From NCBI GenBank assembly GCA_965248755.1, contig OZ252149.1, positions 2,528,001-2,592,000 of the forward strand: 64,000 bases of DNA, read 5' to 3'. The notes beneath the pieces were generated by a model, which did no database searches, was not told the DNA's origin, and saw only the letters and a program-made list of their open reading frames with translations. This document shows positions 60,790-64,000 of this stretch, one piece after another. This stretch comes from Candidatus Latescibacterota bacterium. Lineage in GTDB: Bacteria > Latescibacterota > CBDEFO01. Numbering within the stretch: position 1 is the stretch's first letter; every line of letters begins with the position of its first letter. Made by a program: the position numbers and the translations under genes.

Positions 60790-60908
60790 CAGTGACATTG
60801 TCATGGGATCTACAACCGTACGAAACAAGTGTAAAGTAAGTATATTGACAATTCCTTTAACCAATACAAAGACCGATAAATAGATGTCGGCAAGAAGATC
60901 TTCTGAGC

Positions 60909-61649
60909 TTAGTCTGGTACAGAACTCATGGCCTCGTACATCTCTTCTACAGTGACAAACTCCAAGCCCTTGTCCTGTGCAGATTCAATAATTTTCGGTA
61001 GAGCCGCAATAGTATTAGAACAATCTCTGCCACCATCATGTAACACAATGATAGAACCACTCCTCATCAACCTACGGACAGCCCACTCAATATACAAGGA
61101 TGGAACACCAGAGGCGTCTTGGGGATAGATAGATCCCAAAACGAGTATATACCCTTTGTTGCTAGCAATTTCTAATAACATCGGCCCGAACCAGCCCTTG
61201 GCCGGACGCAGATAGAGAGGTTGGCTTCTTTGTTGAATCAACCCTTCTGTTTTATCCAGAGAATCTTCTACTTCAGTACGGTCTCGTAAGACAACTCGTT
61301 TATCCTCATAGAAGTGATTAGCTATCTGATGACCCCTATCTCGAATCTCTTTTAAAAGTGCAGGATATTTCTTAGCCCCTCTACCAATAATGAAAAACGT
61401 AGCTCGAATATCATATTGATCCAATATCTTCAGCACTTTTGGAGTATTTATAGGATGTGGACCATCGTCGAATGTTAAAGCTGTGTAGGGCTTATCTGCA
61501 GTACCAAACCACATTACATCGGGTACTATTTTACTAACTATCTTAACCACAGGAAAGGGTTGATAGAAAGTCAGGAAAATGCAAAAAGGGAAAAGAACCG
61601 CAAGACAAGTCACCGTAAGACGGATTATGATCCTCCTCAGCAAGGACAC
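60909..61649 (-). CDS. Polysaccharide deacetylase (NodB domain)
   Basis: LTFDDGP, H.IANH, LRP, IIVLHDGG. Confidence 0.88.
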   Translation of the reverse strand: MSLLRRIIIRLTVTCLAVLFPFCIFLTFYQPFPVVKIVSKIVPDVMWFGTADKPYTALTFDDGPHPINTPKVLKILDQYDIRATFFIIGRGAKKYPALLKEIRDRGHQIANHFYEDKRVVLRDRTEVEDSLDKTEGLIQQRSQPLYLRPAKGWFGPMLLEIASNKGYILVLGSIYPQDASGVPSLYIEWAVRRLMRSGSIIVLHDGGRDCSNTIAALPKIIESAQDKGLEFVTVEEMYEAMSSVPD

Positions 61650-61751
61650 GTTCAGAGAAAGGAAACTACGGACATTCCAGCTACTTCTCTTCGAATCTGT
61701 GCAAACTATGATATGCCTGAAGGCTATGTTATACCATTGAAATTATTTCAA

Positions 61752-63038
61752 TTATTCTAAATTTTGAACATCAATTTTTCCCTGCTTTTCATCGACCTTA
61801 TATAAGAGAATCCCGCCGAGAATAAATAAGATCACAATTGAACCAATTCCAGCTCGTGAAGCTATATCCGAGTATCCAAAACTTCGAGCAACCATACCCA
61901 CACCGCCATACAGAAGTGGGCCAATTATTGCGGCGAATTTTCCGAGCATATTATAAAAGCCGTAAAACTCAGCCACTTGATTAGGCGGGATTAATCGAGA
62001 ATAAAATGAACGACTTAATGCTTGAACTCCACCTTGAACCAATCCAATAACTCCTGCCAGGATATAAAATTCGTAGCTGTTGGTCATAAACATTGCAAAT
62101 ATTGTAACGAAGAAATATACAATAATTCCAATGAAAATTGATTTCTTGACATTCCACTTTTGACCGAGCTTTCCGAAAGCTATAGCGCTTGGAAATCCGA
62201 CAAACTGTGTTATCAGAAGTGCCTTAATCAGATCAGTTATCTCAAAACCGATGGATAGTCCAAAATCCACAGCCATACGAACGATTGTATCCACACCGTC
62301 TATATAAAACCAATAAGCAATTAAGAATAAGAAAGTCATACGTAACTGTCGAATTTTTTTGAAGGTATGCCTTAATTGCTGGAACCCACCTATAATCAGA
62401 TTTTCCGAAGAGACAACATTTGCTTTTTCTTCTTTTACCCATATAATCAAAGGAATTGTAAATAATCCCCACCAGAGTCCGACGGTTAAGAACGTAAATT
62501 TGATAGCTTCATGCCAATTTTCTAATCCAAACAAATCAGGCCAATTGTACATCATTACATTGATAGCGAATAAAATTCCTCCTCCTAAATAACCAAGAGC
62601 AAATCCCAATCCTGATATATAATCAATCTTTTCTTCGCTGGCTACCGAAGGAAGGAGGGAATCATATAAAACATTTGCACCCGAAAATCCGATTATTCCA
62701 ATTCCATAAATAATCGAAGCAAGCACCCATTGTCCCTCTCCCAATAGAAAGAGAGTTGAGGTCATTAGAACACCAACATAGGCAAAGAAAATAAGAAATC
62801 TCTTTTTTTGCGAACCTCGGTCGGCAATCGCTCCAAGTATTGGGGCAGAGGCTGCAACAATCAGGCTTGCAACGGAATTAGCAATACTTAACCTAAATGA
62901 GAATACAGTATCATCAACGCCTGCATTCCAAAACACTTTGAAAAAAATCGGGAAAAACCCAGCCATTACTGTTGTAGCAAAGGCAGAGTTGGCCCAGTCG
63001 TACATTGCCCAGCCGAAAATTTGTTTTTTCTTGTTCAT
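61752..63038 (-). CDS. UMF1/Atg22-like MFS transporter (low GC)
   Basis: WAMYDWANSAF, YDSLLP, GGVQALSRS, EFYGFY. Confidence 0.88.
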   Translation of the reverse strand: MNKKKQIFGWAMYDWANSAFATTVMAGFFPIFFKVFWNAGVDDTVFSFRLSIANSVASLIVAASAPILGAIADRGSQKKRFLIFFAYVGVLMTSTLFLLGEGQWVLASIIYGIGIIGFSGANVLYDSLLPSVASEEKIDYISGLGFALGYLGGGILFAINVMMYNWPDLFGLENWHEAIKFTFLTVGLWWGLFTIPLIIWVKEEKANVVSSENLIIGGFQQLRHTFKKIRQLRMTFLFLIAYWFYIDGVDTIVRMAVDFGLSIGFEITDLIKALLITQFVGFPSAIAFGKLGQKWNVKKSIFIGIIVYFFVTIFAMFMTNSYEFYILAGVIGLVQGGVQALSRSFYSRLIPPNQVAEFYGFYNMLGKFAAIIGPLLYGGVGMVARSFGYSDIASRAGIGSIVILFILGGILLYKVDEKQGKIDVQNLE

Positions 63039-63189
63039 ATAAGTCTCCTGTAGCCTTAAATAACCCTCTGCCGTGATCACCGCCGGATAGACGGAGTTAG
63101 CAAAATCATAAAGGTCCCAGTCACACTATCCGCCTGGTTTTCCACTGTTACCTCCTACGGTAGAAGAATAGCAGGGATCCCACTCAAGG

Positions 63190-63483
63190 TCAATCCCGAT
63201 CTCGGAATCCCAATACTATTGATCCTATATGTTCATCTATGTTGGATCTTGTGAGTTGGAGGACAAGCTCCTCTGTAGATGATAGAATAAACAGTCCAAT
63301 TGCCACATAGAATAGGTCTTGATGATAGCTGAGTAGGAAAGCGTGGACTATGAAGATATATCCGCCAATCCCCACTGCTTTGCTTGAGTAGAGATGCATA
63401 TTGGCAAACCTTCTGAATTTTAACCAGCCCACTAGTAGAGATAATGCATACAGAAGTATAGACGTAAAGGACAATACCTGATG
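63190..63483 (-). pseudogene. 3' fragment of a CDP-alcohol phosphatidyltransferase-like gene interrupted by an IS
   Basis: KFRR.ANMH.YSSK, SSTEEL hydrophobic C-terminus; frame cut by the IS end. Confidence 0.55.
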
Positions 63484-64000
63484 TGTACTGCCCCCCAGAA
63501 AAGCGACATCAATTAAGCAACTTGGGGTAGCAGATAAAATTGTTTTCTCCACTCTTCCGGGGTCTTGTATCCCAGGGATGAATGAAGCCTGTTCTTGTTG
63601 TAATTATCGATCCACTGAGATATGATCTTCTCAGCTTGTTCAAAGGACTTGAAATTGTGAAGCCACACACACTCCTGCTTGAGGGTCCTGAAAAAACGTT
63701 CTATGACCCCGTTCCAATCGGCCTTTCCGCTCGGAATATATTCTTGACGAATGTCCCAATATTCGGTACTTGCCAAATAGGTCCGAGACAAAAAGATGGA
63801 GCCGTTGTCAGAGCGCAAAGTGAGACCCTGGGGGACAGCCTCCTTAGGAAGTGTATCGAGAGATCACGGCCCGATCCAGGGCATCTGTGGCCTCCAGTGC
63901 CCTCCCTTTTCGACTAAAACGATACCCGGGGAACCTCCCGACTCCCGTTGTCCACCACCGCAATAAGAGGACACCAACCATCTTCCCCACAATAGATCTT
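63484..64000 (-). mobile_element. IS3-family element, right end (integrase core, frameshifted)
   Basis: RSDNGS, NGVIERFFRTLKQE, YN..RLHSSLGYKTP; terminus ..GGGGGCAGTACA. Confidence 0.85.

Overview
Chromosomal window from a bacterium of moderate GC, probably in the FCB superphylum. That placement is an inference from a PorV-family gene, FlgD-like C-terminal domains and many enolase-superfamily and sugar-acid genes. In order, the window holds three tandem Reg_prop beta-propeller surface proteins, a Zn-alcohol dehydrogenase coupled to tungstate transporter genes tupABC, sugar-acid catabolism genes with recent tandem duplications, an ISL3 relic next to a high-GC DUF2723 glycosyltransferase, porV-gmhA and glycosyltransferase genes, a SelW/Rdx selenoprotein missing from the ORF track (CxxU with a candidate SECIS), surE, a repair cluster (mutS, uvrC, ogt, xerD) and an IS3-family element at the right edge. 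The most unusual signal is a set of small repeats. (i) A ~21-25 bp palindrome, CCCCGATAGAWTCAATCGGGG, occurs between genes, nested in larger palindromes and inserted in-frame in apparently intact genes; paralog comparison shows two of these insertions directly. (ii) A dispersed CTGTCTA-heptamer repeat family sits at more than 10 gene junctions and brackets a four-helix-bundle gene in inverted orientation. (iii) GTAG-type REPs, GTCATTGCGAG palindromes and a MITE are also present. Several single-base frameshifts may be assembly errors. No rRNA, tRNA or CRISPR array was seen. All family assignments come from motif recognition, not database searches.
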